Below are positions 29,005 through 39,049 of a stretch of 64,000 bases of DNA, piece by piece. The notes beneath the pieces were generated by a model. It did no database searches and was not told the DNA's origin. It saw nothing but the letters and a program-made list of their open reading frames with translations. Position 1 is the first letter of the stretch. Every line of letters starts with the position of its first letter. The stretch is from Candidatus Kaelpia imicola (GTDB lineage Bacteria > Omnitrophota > Gorgyraeia > Kaelpiales > Kaelpiaceae). Both the position numbers and the translations under genes were made by a program. Where the stretch lies: NCBI GenBank assembly GCA_030765505.1, contig JAVCCL010000025.1:14865-78864 (forward strand), in the 5' to 3' direction.

Positions 29005-30585
29005 TTAGAGTTTAATCCCTTTTACAACACGTATATATTTAAAATCAAGCAACTCTTTTATAACAGTAGCATCGACGGCTATATCAAGATTTAAAACCAT
29101 TAAAGCATTGCCGCCGGGTTCTTCTCTACCGAATGTCATTCCGGATATATTAGCATTATTCCTACCGAAAATAGTACCTATATGACCTATGACACCAGGC
29201 TTATCTTCGTTATATATAACAAGCATATTTCCTACTGGAGGCGCCTCAAGATAATAACCGTCAATATTGACTATTTTGGGATTGTTATTACTGAAGAGTG
29301 TTCCGGCAACCTCTTTTCTCTCTTTGTTGGTCTCGACAATTACCTGAATTAAATTACTAAAATTATGAACCTTTGAAGATTTGACCTCCTCTACACTTAT
29401 CTCTCTCTCTTTTGCAATCACAAGAGCATTTACATAATTTACAGATTCAGCGAGTATCGGAGAAAAGAAACCTTTAAGTACCGCCGAAGAGAGAGGGGTA
29501 GTATCGTGTTCCAAAATATCTCCGCTATATTTTATCTCAACCTTTTTAACGTTACCCTCTACAAGCTGACCAAGCAGCGAACCCAATTTTTCAGAAAGAT
29601 TAAAATAGGGCTTTAAAACCTCAGCCGTCTCAGGCTCAATAGAAGGCATGTTTACAGCATTCCTGATAACATTATTTATCAATGCATCCCTAACCTGCTC
29701 TGCAACCTCAACAGCCACATTGAGTTGCGCCTCTTCAGTAGATGCCCCTAGATGAGGAGTAAGAATAATGTTATCTAACTCAAGAAGCGGACTACTCTCC
29801 GGAGGTTCATTTTCGTAAACATCCAATGCAGCACCTGCAATCTTTTTCTCTGAAAGAGCCCTATGTAGAGCCTCTTCATCCACAACGCCGCCGCGGGAAC
29901 AGTTTATAATATACGCTGTATTTTTTATCATCTTCAACTCTTTATCAGAAAGCATATGATAAGTATTATCGGATAAAGGAATATGGAACGTTATATAATC
30001 CGACCTTTTCAAGAGTTCATTGTGCTCAACTAGCTCAACCTCAATCTTAAAGGCTATATCTTCAGAGATATAAGGGTCAAAAGTAAGAACCTTCATTCCA
30101 AATCCGATAGCTCGCTTGGCCACCTCTCTCCCTATTCTTCCCAAACCCACAACGCCTAAGATTTTACCATACAACTCTTTGCCCATAAACTTTTTCCGTT
30201 CCCATTTATTCTCTTTCATCGACAAGTTGGCCTGAGGAATATTTCGAGCCAAAGCTAAAATAACAGCCATGGTATGTTCCGCAGTCGATATAGTATTACC
30301 CAAGGGAGTATTCATTACAATGACCCCCTTCTTGGTCGCAGCATCAACATCTACATTATCCAAACCGACTCCAGCACGGCCTATAACTTTAAGACTATCT
30401 GCAGCGTCTATAATAGAGGATTTAACCTTTGTTCCGCTACGGATTATAATACCATCATAGCCCTTAATCTCTTTTACAAGCTCCTCTTCGCTTAAACCTG
30501 TTTTCTTTGTAACTTCAATGCCTGCTTTGGTTAAAATATCAATGCCATCCTGAGCTATGTTATCACCAACTAAAACCTTAACCAC
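29005..30585 (-). CDS. serA: D-3-phosphoglycerate dehydrogenase with C-terminal ACT domain
   Basis: GLGRIGREVAKRA NAD-binding motif of 2-hydroxyacid dehydrogenases, with an ASB/ACT tail. Confidence 0.85.
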   Translation of the reverse strand: MVKVLVGDNIAQDGIDILTKAGIEVTKKTGLSEEELVKEIKGYDGIIIRSGTKVKSSIIDAADSLKVIGRAGVGLDNVDVDAATKKGVIVMNTPLGNTISTAEHTMAVILALARNIPQANLSMKENKWERKKFMGKELYGKILGVVGLGRIGREVAKRAIGFGMKVLTFDPYISEDIAFKIEVELVEHNELLKRSDYITFHIPLSDNTYHMLSDKELKMIKNTAYIINCSRGGVVDEEALHRALSEKKIAGAALDVYENEPPESSPLLELDNIILTPHLGASTEEAQLNVAVEVAEQVRDALINNVIRNAVNMPSIEPETAEVLKPYFNLSEKLGSLLGQLVEGNVKKVEIKYSGDILEHDTTPLSSAVLKGFFSPILAESVNYVNALVIAKEREISVEEVKSSKVHNFSNLIQVIVETNKERKEVAGTLFSNNNPKIVNIDGYYLEAPPVGNMLVIYNEDKPGVIGHIGTIFGRNNANISGMTFGREEPGGNALMVLNLDIAVDATVIKELLDFKYIRVVKGIKL

Positions 30586-30586
30586 T

Positions 30587-31747
30587 TTAGGCCTCCTTCT
30601 TGTAGCTTTTAAGAAACTCTTCCTCTAGTTTTAAAATTCCCGCACCAAGCTTAAACTTATGTCCAAAATAATGCAACCCAAATTCAACAGCTGCAATACC
30701 TGATAGAACATCAAAAAGATTTATGTAACCCATGTGGGCAATCCTGATTATCTTACTCTTCAACTCTGCCTGACCGCCAGCTATGCTTATACCGAACTCT
30801 GCGCGGATAAACTTGACCATCTCTGCAGAGTCTATACTCTCCGGCATCAAAACGCTGGTAACAGCGCTGGAAGGACGCTGAGCAAAGACTTTAAGCCCTA
30901 AAGAAGTAACCGCTTCACGTGTCATAGCCGCAAGTTTAGCATGTCTTCTCCACACATTCTCAATACCCTCATCAAGTATCATCTTGAGGGCTGTCCGTAA
31001 AGCTACTATCATATTCACGGCGGGAGTCCAGGGAGTATCAGACTTAGATGCCGCCTTACCAGCTTTAATCAAGTCAAAGTAATATTTAGAAGAACTGGAC
31101 CTCTCTATTAAAGATTGTGCTTCTTTGGATAGGCTTATGAAGGCAAGACCCGGGGGAAGCATCAAGCCTTTCTGAGATCCGCTAACAACAATATCCAAAC
31201 CCCAATCGTCCATTCTCAGTTCATCAGCTCCCAAACCACTTACAGCATCAACAACAATTAAAGCGTTGAACTCTTTAGCTAGGATAGCCATACCTTTTAT
31301 ATCATAGTTTACACCTGTAGAGGTTTCGCATAGTGTCGTTAGGATAATCTTACGGCTATTACCTATTTTTAACTTTTCTCTTAGAGAGTCTAAGTTTGGA
31401 GCACTCCCCCACTTTAGATCTAAAGTATCATACTCTGCGCTATAGGCTTTGGCTATCTCGGCCCATCTCTCACCAAACTTTCCTCCTACAACAGGTATAA
31501 ATCTAACACCATCCTGCATTAGATTAGCTACCGCAGCCTCCATAACACCAGTACCTGAAGAAGAGACAATTAAAACCTGGTTTTTGGTTTGGAAGATAGT
31601 CTTTAAATCCTCCGAAACATCTTTAAGTATAGAACGGAACTCATCTGTTCTGTGATGAATTGTAGACTTCGCCTGCGAAAGTAAGACTTCCTCGGGAACA
31701 GGAGTTGGACCTGGAGTTAAAAGACTTTTTTTGTAAGGTTTAATCAC
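30587..31747 (-). CDS. Class-V aminotransferase (serine-pyruvate / phosphoserine aminotransferase type)
   Basis: PLP-dependent class V fold with the SGSQKGLMLPPGLAF lysine region. Its position next to serA suggests a phosphoserine aminotransferase role. Confidence 0.7.
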   Translation of the reverse strand: MIKPYKKSLLTPGPTPVPEEVLLSQAKSTIHHRTDEFRSILKDVSEDLKTIFQTKNQVLIVSSSGTGVMEAAVANLMQDGVRFIPVVGGKFGERWAEIAKAYSAEYDTLDLKWGSAPNLDSLREKLKIGNSRKIILTTLCETSTGVNYDIKGMAILAKEFNALIVVDAVSGLGADELRMDDWGLDIVVSGSQKGLMLPPGLAFISLSKEAQSLIERSSSSKYYFDLIKAGKAASKSDTPWTPAVNMIVALRTALKMILDEGIENVWRRHAKLAAMTREAVTSLGLKVFAQRPSSAVTSVLMPESIDSAEMVKFIRAEFGISIAGGQAELKSKIIRIAHMGYINLFDVLSGIAAVEFGLHYFGHKFKLGAGILKLEEEFLKSYKKEA

Positions 31748-31761
31748 CTCAATCCTCCTCT

Positions 31762-32370
31762 TTAAGATTTCTTCTTTTTAGTATAAATAACCTCGTCTAT
31801 TATGCCGTAATCTTTTGATTCTTCCGCGCTCATAAAATAATCTCTATCAGTATCTTTCTTAACCTTATCAATTGATTTAAAAGTATGGAAAGAGATCAAC
31901 CCGTTTATCTCATCTCTTAAGCGAAGTATCTCTTTAGCCTGAATATGAATATCTTCCGCAGCTCCCTGAACACCACCCCAAGGCTGATGAATCATTATCC
32001 TGGAATGCGGCAGAGAGAACCTCTTTCCTTTAGCGCCTGCCATAAGCAATAATGCTCCCATGCTGGCCGCCTGCCCTACGCAATAAGTAGAGATATCGGG
32101 TTTTACAAACTGCAGTGTATCGTAGATTGCCAATCCGCTCGTAACAGAACCTCCTGGTGAGTTAATATAAACACTTATATCCTTATCCGCATCCTCAGAC
32201 TGCAGGAAAAGAATCTGGGCAATAATAAGATTGGCTACATTGTCATCAATAGGAGTACCTATAAAAACTATCCTGTCTTTCAACAACCGAGAGTAAATGT
32301 CGAACGCACGCTCACCTCTTCCGGTCTTCTCAACTACCATGGGAACAAGAGTCTGAGACTTAACAGGCAT
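31762..32370 (-). CDS. clpP: ATP-dependent Clp protease proteolytic subunit
   Basis: [11 protein letters not shown] Ser motif and MIHQP His motif. Confidence 0.9.
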   Translation of the reverse strand: MPVKSQTLVPMVVEKTGRGERAFDIYSRLLKDRIVFIGTPIDDNVANLIIAQILFLQSEDADKDISVYINSPGGSVTSGLAIYDTLQFVKPDISTYCVGQAASMGALLLMAGAKGKRFSLPHSRIMIHQPWGGVQGAAEDIHIQAKEILRLRDEINGLISFHTFKSIDKVKKDTDRDYFMSAEESKDYGIIDEVIYTKKKKS

Positions 32371-33656
32371 TATTCACCTCCATTTTTAATATTAATTATT
32401 TCAGCATGCTGCTTTAAAAATTCTATAACTTTCTTCCTTAATAAGCCAGCTTTTATATTCTCTAATCCATTATCTTTTTTAAGACTGGATTCTAACTCCT
32501 CCAGAGTACTGTTTTGACGCTTGGATAGAACTTCTAAATGTTTGCTCAATTCTTGACCCGAGACCACTATACTTTCTTTCTGAGCAATCTCTTTTAAAAT
32601 AAAATAGACCTTAAGCTCTCTCTGAGCCTCTCTTTGAGCCTCTCTCTGTATCATTTCTTTTTGGGTCTCCATATCTTTTCTAGGAAACCCCCGATAGAGC
32701 AACCTCATGGTTATATCTTCAGCCGAAACACGTACTTGACGGCTTAAAAGCTGAGGCGGCAACTCGATCTTGGAATTTTCGATAAGTTCAGATATAAGGC
32801 ACTCTTCTAAATCTATCTCAGCCTCCCTAATACGATGATTTTGCAACTCTTCCCTTATAACCCTCTTTAAATCATCGACATTGCTATGATTGCCAAGCTT
32901 CTTCGCGAAATCATCGTTAAGCTCAGGCTCCTTTTTCTCTTTAACCCCTTTTACGCTGACCTTAAAATCGCACTCTTTGCCAGCAATCTTTTTATCTCTA
33001 TAATCATCGGGAACCTCGAGCTTAAACTCCTTGACCTCGCCGGAACTCAACCCCTTAAGATTCTCTATAAGCCCGGGAAAGAGGCTCTCTTCACTAAGAT
33101 ACAATGAAAGAGCTTCTCTCTTATCTAAATCACCATCTTTTGACTTTATCTCTATGTCTGCTACAATGACATCCTCAAAAACGGACGGCCTCTGGACATC
33201 CAGCCACTGGGTCTTCTCCTTCTTGATATCATCTAAAACCTTATCAATATCTTTATCCTCTACACTTGCGTCCTTTCTCTTCAATTTTATATTCTTATAT
33301 TTCGACAATTTAACTTTTGGGACTTCCTCTATCTTCAATGTAAACCTATAGTCGCCTCTCTCCCCCTGTTCAATGCCAAGCAACACTGGAGCCGATATCG
33401 GATCCACTTTTGAAGCCTCTACAGCCTTTCTATAAAAAATAGAGACTACACTATCCTTGATATCTTTTTCAATCTCAACACCATATTTAACCAGCACCAT
33501 CTCCAGCGGAGCTTTACCTTTTCTATAGCCAGGAATTGCAACCTTATCTTGCCAATCAGACTCTACTTTTCTTTTTAAAGACCCAATCTCTTTAGGATCC
33601 AAATAGACTTCCAGATCACTCTCAACCGTATTGATTTTTTTAATCTTTATTTTCAT
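32370..33656 (-). CDS. tig: Trigger factor
   Basis: Domain order and GYRKGKAP / PGFRKGK-like motifs. The position upstream of clpP is canonical. Confidence 0.85.
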   Translation of the reverse strand: MKIKIKKINTVESDLEVYLDPKEIGSLKRKVESDWQDKVAIPGYRKGKAPLEMVLVKYGVEIEKDIKDSVVSIFYRKAVEASKVDPISAPVLLGIEQGERGDYRFTLKIEEVPKVKLSKYKNIKLKRKDASVEDKDIDKVLDDIKKEKTQWLDVQRPSVFEDVIVADIEIKSKDGDLDKREALSLYLSEESLFPGLIENLKGLSSGEVKEFKLEVPDDYRDKKIAGKECDFKVSVKGVKEKKEPELNDDFAKKLGNHSNVDDLKRVIREELQNHRIREAEIDLEECLISELIENSKIELPPQLLSRQVRVSAEDITMRLLYRGFPRKDMETQKEMIQREAQREAQRELKVYFILKEIAQKESIVVSGQELSKHLEVLSKRQNSTLEELESSLKKDNGLENIKAGLLRKKVIEFLKQHAEIINIKNGGE

Positions 33657-33966
33657 CTTTAAAATCCTTATCTCTATGTCTATGCATCTTTATTCTATCT
33701 TCATATTTTAAGACCTGCTGCTTTAAAACGTCGAACGATTCGTCGATGGCTAAATACATATCTTCATTTTTTTCCTTAACTTTAAAGTGAGAACTCTTAA
33801 GGTTCACATTGATCTCGACCACAGAAAGATGTCTCTCAATCTCCAGTACAACATGAACATTTATTATATCATCAACATATTTATCCAGATAGCTGATCTT
33901 ACCTTCAATATAAGACTTTAAAGCGCCGGTTGTATTAAAATGCCTGCCTGTTATTGTCGTTTTCAA
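33640..33966 (-). CDS. hpf: Ribosome hibernation promoting factor (short form)
   Basis: 108 aa of the YfiA/RaiA family, beginning MKTTITGRHF. Confidence 0.8.
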   Translation of the reverse strand: MKTTITGRHFNTTGALKSYIEGKISYLDKYVDDIINVHVVLEIERHLSVVEINVNLKSSHFKVKEKNEDMYLAIDESFDVLKQQVLKYEDRIKMHRHRDKDFKDENKD

Positions 33967-33987
33967 AATATACCCCCTTTTAATCTT

Positions 33988-34704
33988 TTACATCTTAAAC
34001 CTTTCTCCAAGGTAGACTTCTTTTGCTTTATCATCGTTAATCAAATGGTCCGCATCTCCTGAAAGGAGGATACTGCCCTCAGAGACTATATAAGCCCTAT
34101 CCGTTATCGCCAAAGTCTCTCTTACATTATGGTCAGTCAGCAATATTCCAATACCTTTTTTCTTAAGATCTAAAATTATATCCTGACATTCAGCGACAGC
34201 AATAGGGTCTATTCCGCTAAAGGGTTCGTCTAAAAGCAAGAACGATGGATTTATAGCCAGAGCTCTTGTAATCTCCAGCCGTCTTCTCTCGCCGCCAGAT
34301 AAAGTATAGGCTCTGTTCTTCGCTAAATATGATATCCTTAACTCTTCCAACAGCATTTCAAGCCTCAACTTTCTCTCCTGCGGATGAATGATTAAAGTCT
34401 CCAACACCGCCATTATATTATCCCTGACACTTAGGTTTCCAAATATAGCCGGTTCCTGCGAAAGATAACCTATTCCCAAACTTGCTCTCTTATGCATAGG
34501 CAACCTTGTTATATCAACATCCTTAAAGTATACACACCCCTTATTAGGAGCAACTAAACCCACGATCATATAGAAAGTAGTGGTCTTGCCAGCTCCGTTA
34601 GGACCCAGCAACCCGACTATCTCAGAGCCAGCTACATCAAGCGAGATACTATTTACCACCCTTCTGTTTCCGTACTCTTTTATTAACCCCTTAACCTTTA
34701 ACAT
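33988..34704 (-). CDS. lptB: LPS export ABC transporter ATP-binding protein
   Basis: GPNGAGKTT Walker A, LSGGERRRLEI signature and LLLDEP Walker B. It lies next to an OstA/LptA-like gene. Confidence 0.85.
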   Translation of the reverse strand: MLKVKGLIKEYGNRRVVNSISLDVAGSEIVGLLGPNGAGKTTTFYMIVGLVAPNKGCVYFKDVDITRLPMHKRASLGIGYLSQEPAIFGNLSVRDNIMAVLETLIIHPQERKLRLEMLLEELRISYLAKNRAYTLSGGERRRLEITRALAINPSFLLLDEPFSGIDPIAVAECQDIILDLKKKGIGILLTDHNVRETLAITDRAYIVSEGSILLSGDADHLINDDKAKEVYLGERFKM

Positions 34705-34707
34705 ATT

Positions 34708-35523
34708 TTACTCAGGATATATCTCAAGCTTAGGGTGCCCGAGAAGATTGATCTTTCCCTCTTTTAAATCATATATCGCTTCAGAAGAATAGGTAAGCGA
34801 ACTGCCGCGCCTAAGTTTTACATTGCCTTTGGCGTGAACTCTAGTAATGCTTTTTTCATCTTTGTCAAAATATACAGTCAACTTATCGCAGAACAGCTCT
34901 CCTTTTCTATCTAAGACATGGACATTGTCGTTGAAGACCGCAATGTTTTTGGTGTAATCTATATTTAAGGGTCCGTCGGATTTAATTATAGCCTGAGGCA
35001 CGGCTTTAAACTTGACGTCTTTTTTAATAACCGCCTTCGTTAATTTTGTATCAATCTCGCCGCCTTCGCCTGACACCTCGCTATCGTTCTTCACTATTCT
35101 CAATCTCTCTTCTGTCCAGACAACCTCTCTATCCTGATCCCAGTGTAGTATATCCGTAAAAAGCGAATCGCCTTCTGAGTTTTTTATAACAACATTTCCT
35201 GTTAACTCTACCTGCCTATTCACTCTATTCAAAAAACCTCTGTCTGCCCGCATGTTTACAGGACCATTATCACCATAAAGCCTTGCTTTAACCGATCTTA
35301 AGGCTACATCCTCTTTACTTAGCTGCGCACTCTCTCCTTCTATCTCCCATTTTTTATTATTCTGCTTATCATAACCTGTTAGAGTAAAATTATTTAAGTT
35401 CTCTTCCGTTGCATAGGAGCTTCTAATCGAAAACACCAATAATAAGACTACTATCTTTATCAACATTTTAAACCCGCCTATCCTAACATGGCAACAGAAC
35501 CAAGTCAAGCTGGAGATAGACAC
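34708..35523 (-). CDS. lptA: LptA/OstA-N family periplasmic LPS transport protein
   Basis: Signal/TM segment followed by beta-jellyroll OstA-like repeats. The likely start is MLIKIVVLL at about 35466. Confidence 0.55.
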   Translation of the reverse strand: MSISSLTWFCCHVRIGGFKMLIKIVVLLLVFSIRSSYATEENLNNFTLTGYDKQNNKKWEIEGESAQLSKEDVALRSVKARLYGDNGPVNMRADRGFLNRVNRQVELTGNVVIKNSEGDSLFTDILHWDQDREVVWTEERLRIVKNDSEVSGEGGEIDTKLTKAVIKKDVKFKAVPQAIIKSDGPLNIDYTKNIAVFNDNVHVLDRKGELFCDKLTVYFDKDEKSITRVHAKGNVKLRRGSSLTYSSEAIYDLKEGKINLLGHPKLEIYPE

Positions 35524-35551
35524 CGAATATTAAAAAATACAACAGAGAGAG

Positions 35552-35782
35552 CTAATCCAATATCAGATTGGTTATTGTCTTTGTAATACCCTCTATTGCA
35601 CGTAATTCTGTTACAACGAATCTCATCAACTCTTCATAGTTAGAAGCTTTAATCTGGGCTATAACATCCTGCTCTCCAGAGGTTAAATTTGCATCAATTA
35701 CATTTTCAAAAGACTTCATTTTTTGAATAACCTCTCTCTCTTCACCCGGCTCTACGTTAATTTTCAAATAAGCTCTGGCCAT
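35552..35782 (-). CDS. Stand-alone Lrp/AsnC C-terminal (RAM) domain protein
   Basis: 76 aa resembling AsnC-type ligand-binding domains (VIQKMKSFENVIDANLTSGEQDV...). Confidence 0.45.
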   Translation of the reverse strand: MARAYLKINVEPGEEREVIQKMKSFENVIDANLTSGEQDVIAQIKASNYEELMRFVVTELRAIEGITKTITNLILD

Positions 35783-35807
35783 CTCTCTCTCCTCTTTTAA
35801 ATTTAAA

Positions 35808-36074
35808 TTAATCTCTCCTCAACTTAAAGACCCTATCATGAGAACGGACCCGCTCTTTAACACCTAGGCCTACAATCTGCCCCGGCAATATCTCATTGAC
35901 AGTCTGATGCTCAATCTGCATAGAGTTCACATCCATCTCAAAATCGGTTGTATGTCCTTTTATTTTGATCCTATCACCAGCCTTCAAACTTTGAGCTGTG
36001 ATCTCTATGATGGCAGCAGAAGGTTTGGCATAAAAATTCGTAACAACACCTATCTCGATCCATTCTTCAGACAT
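35808..36074 (-). CDS. Hypothetical small protein (beta-barrel-like)
   Basis: 88 aa with no confident family. Confidence 0.3.
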   Translation of the reverse strand: MSEEWIEIGVVTNFYAKPSAAIIEITAQSLKAGDRIKIKGHTTDFEMDVNSMQIEHQTVNEILPGQIVGLGVKERVRSHDRVFKLRRD

Positions 36075-36101
36075 AACCTCACCTCCTTAAAAGATACTTT
36101 T

Positions 36102-37199
36102 TCAAAGATAACTAAGACCTTCACTGAGAGCAGAAGTTATTAAAGTTTTATCTAGATCCGAAGATACTGCCGCAGAACCTATAGAGTTTGGTAATACAAA
36201 CCTTATGGCGCCAAATTTGGCTTTCTTATCATAAAGGATGCTATCCAAAATTTTTTTCTGCTCTATCTTTCTGTTTATTCTAGGCAGAGTCTTAAACTTC
36301 AAGATTAGACTTATTACTCTCTTCAAATCCTTCTCTTTCAAGACCCCAATCTTATTGGCAATCAAACTCTCGACAACAAGACCGAAAGATACCGCCTCCC
36401 CATGAGATACTCTCTCGTAATCAAAGACTGTCTCTATAGCATGGGCTATTGTATGGCCTAGGTTTAAGACTATTCTTACGTCTTCACTGTCACGCTCATC
36501 TCTTTCAACAAGTGACGTTTTTATTCTGCTGCATCTTGAAACTATCTCACTCCATAAACTCAGTGAGAAAGAAGATGGGTCTTCGTTTTCAGATTCCAGT
36601 AATTCAAAGAGCCCTGAATCTCCCAGAATTCCATATTTTATAATCTCGGATAACCCATTAGAGAGTTCTCTGGGAGGTAGACTCTTTAAGAAATTCAAAT
36701 CAGAGAGAACCAATCTAGGCTGATAGAAAGCTCCCAATAAATTCTTGCCCCATTTTAGATCTATAGCAACTTTCCCGCCGATACTTGAATCGACTTGAGC
36801 AAGAAGAGTCGTCGGAATCTGAATAAAAGGTACACCTCTCTTGTAAATAGCCGCTAAAAACCCTACTAAGTCTCCGATAACTCCTCCTCCAAAAGCTATA
36901 AAGAGCACGCTCTCTGCCTTAGAAAACTCAACGGTTGATCTTAGGAGATCGAAAAGAACCTGCCAGGACTTGCTCTTCTCAGAATCCGCAACTTCCAAGA
37001 AAAGGCTCTCTTTGAATATCTCTAAATAAGGCTCTAAATAATCCCTGTGGAGAGAGCATATCTTTCTGTTGGATACCACAACAGCTGAATACTTCTCTAG
37101 ATTTAACCTTACGACTTCATTTTTTAGAGACGCCAATGCTCCCTCTGAAACCAGAATATCGTAAGACCTATCCTTTAAATTTAGACTTATTCTCTCCAT
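36102..37199 (-). CDS. aroB: 3-dehydroquinate synthase
   Basis: GGGVIGDLVGFLAA and NLGHTIAHAIE motifs. Confidence 0.85.
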   Translation of the reverse strand: MERISLNLKDRSYDILVSEGALASLKNEVVRLNLEKYSAVVVSNRKICSLHRDYLEPYLEIFKESLFLEVADSEKSKSWQVLFDLLRSTVEFSKAESVLFIAFGGGVIGDLVGFLAAIYKRGVPFIQIPTTLLAQVDSSIGGKVAIDLKWGKNLLGAFYQPRLVLSDLNFLKSLPPRELSNGLSEIIKYGILGDSGLFELLESENEDPSSFSLSLWSEIVSRCSRIKTSLVERDERDSEDVRIVLNLGHTIAHAIETVFDYERVSHGEAVSFGLVVESLIANKIGVLKEKDLKRVISLILKFKTLPRINRKIEQKKILDSILYDKKAKFGAIRFVLPNSIGSAAVSSDLDKTLITSALSEGLSYL

Positions 37200-37217
37200 T
37201 TAAAATATGGACCCGGT

Positions 37218-37478
37218 TTAAGACTTTTCTTTGACAGAATCCTCTGCAGGCTTATCAGTCCGGCCTTCTACTGCCTGCTCTGCACCCTCAAGCTCTTCTT
37301 TCTTAGGCTCTTTCTTAAGCGCTTTTAACCTCTTTCTCTTGTATTTCGGTAACTTAAATACTTCTATCCCTTCCTCTCCGGACTTCTTCAAAAACATAGC
37401 TATTCTCTCAAACCTTTTGAGCACATTTCTATGCTGTAAATCCGAATCTTTAATCTTTAAACTTGGGTGCCTTGACAT
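37218..37478 (-). CDS. Hypothetical small basic protein
   Basis: 86 aa, K/E-rich. No family recognised. Confidence 0.3.
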   Translation of the reverse strand: MSRHPSLKIKDSDLQHRNVLKRFERIAMFLKKSGEEGIEVFKLPKYKRKRLKALKKEPKKEELEGAEQAVEGRTDKPAEDSVKEKS

Positions 37479-38050
37479 TACCTACCTCCTTTCAATTCTT
37501 TCATAAAAGCATCTTTGTATATTTTTCTTAATTTTACTAACACGTTCTGAGCTCTATCCTGCTCGCTATAATCTCCAACAAAGACAATCTTGTATCTGCC
37601 CTGCTCACGAATATAAGAAGGGAGACCTGCCTTTTTAAGTTTATCCCTTTCGGACTCAGCGTAGGATATATTTTTGTACGTTACAACCTGTAGAGCAAAC
37701 CTTAGATCCGAAGACTCTTTTTTATTATCCAACCCGCTATCGTCAGACTCGGAAAGAATAAAACCGTAATCAACAAATTTATTTTCAACTGCTTTCTCCT
37801 TATCTTCCACCATTATACTAGAGAGAAGAACATCCGCTTCTTCTTTTGCACCGCTAACAGTTATACCTTTTTTATAACCGCCGATATAACTACCGACCAT
37901 CAAAAAAAGAAAGACCATAACAGCTGTACATAGCTTCTCTTCATTTACTCGAATATACCTCTCCGTTATTAGCTTTAACCTTTTTCTTTTTTTTCGCCTG
38001 ATAACATTCTCGTCAATATCAGGGAACAGATTCTCTTTATAATCTTCCAT
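37478..38050 (-). CDS. SPOR domain-containing membrane protein
   Basis: N-terminal TM helix and a C-terminal SPOR-like block (ALQVVTYKNISYAESERDKLKKAGLPSYIRE...YKIVFVGDY). Confidence 0.5.
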   Translation of the reverse strand: MEDYKENLFPDIDENVIRRKKRKRLKLITERYIRVNEEKLCTAVMVFLFLMVGSYIGGYKKGITVSGAKEEADVLLSSIMVEDKEKAVENKFVDYGFILSESDDSGLDNKKESSDLRFALQVVTYKNISYAESERDKLKKAGLPSYIREQGRYKIVFVGDYSEQDRAQNVLVKLRKIYKDAFMKELKGGR

Positions 38051-38058
38051 AGGTTAAA

Positions 38059-38817
38059 CTATTCATGTTTAAAGTCGAATTTAAAATCAATCCTTCCTAA
38101 GGCTTCATCATTTACATCAAAAGAAGTCTTTATATTAGACATAATCAGCTTTACATCTTTAGCTTTTGAATTTGGCTTAAGAAAACAGAGATAGCCATCG
38201 TAAACAACGCCTGGATAGAGATAACCGCCGCTTAGCTCTATAGATTTAAGCAAGGCAAATTTTTTCTTTAAGCCTCTGCCTGCCAAGCCTTTGGCCATAT
38301 CCAGAGGAGCTCCATAGATACCAGGGGCTAACGAAGACGTCGATTTTGTAAAATTATAGACTGAACTTTTAGCTTCATAAATCTCTTTAATCCTCTCCGG
38401 GCTTATATAAAGATACTGAGTACCAAGCTCATCCAGTAATACAAAATCACCGGGATTTATAAATATCCTGGATTCGGTCTTGTTCTCAATTCTTACCTTC
38501 ATAACTATCATGCCATCCGGGTAAGGATTCTTTCCTGCATAGGTTCCGTATATTTTTTTATCAAGAAATATATTTTTTAAATTCTCCTCAGGCAGATACT
38601 CTACCAATATCCATATGCCCTCCTCTTCCTGCTGCTGCTGAACAGGAATAAGAGCATAGGCTATCTCTCTGCACTTTTCTACGGGCTCAAACCTGCCTTT
38701 AGTCTTCTTTCCATAAACATAGCCGCCAGCACAACCTGCCATGGATAGACATAAAAGAACAAGAGTAAGCTTTTTAATCATATCCTTCCTCTTCCATAAA
38801 CTCTTTGACTGCTGCAA
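38059..38817 (-). CDS. Lipoprotein, hypothetical
   Basis: Lipobox LSMAGC. No domain recognised. Confidence 0.35.
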   Translation of the reverse strand: MQQSKSLWKRKDMIKKLTLVLLCLSMAGCAGGYVYGKKTKGRFEPVEKCREIAYALIPVQQQQEEEGIWILVEYLPEENLKNIFLDKKIYGTYAGKNPYPDGMIVMKVRIENKTESRIFINPGDFVLLDELGTQYLYISPERIKEIYEAKSSVYNFTKSTSSLAPGIYGAPLDMAKGLAGRGLKKKFALLKSIELSGGYLYPGVVYDGYLCFLKPNSKAKDVKLIMSNIKTSFDVNDEALGRIDFKFDFKHE

Positions 38818-39049
38818 TAATATCTCTATCTTGCGTATAAGAGTAAGCTACTGTAGTATAGCTCCTATCTTTGTTTAAAATATTCTTCTTCGTGAGATAT
38901 TCCAACTGCTTAACAATGAGAGCCTCTTCCTCATCTATCCATTTGGCAATATTTTCAGCCGTATCAATACAGCCGGGATTGTTGTAATAAAATTTCAGCA
39001 CTTTTTTCAAGATTAAGTCTCCGCTTATTTTTTTTAAAAATTCTTTCAT
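38774..39049 (-). CDS. Hypothetical protein
   Basis: 91 aa. It overlaps the downstream lipoprotein gene start. Confidence 0.3.
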   Translation of the reverse strand: MKEFLKKISGDLILKKVLKFYYNNPGCIDTAENIAKWIDEEEALIVKQLEYLTKKNILNKDRSYTTVAYSYTQDRDIIAAVKEFMEEEGYD

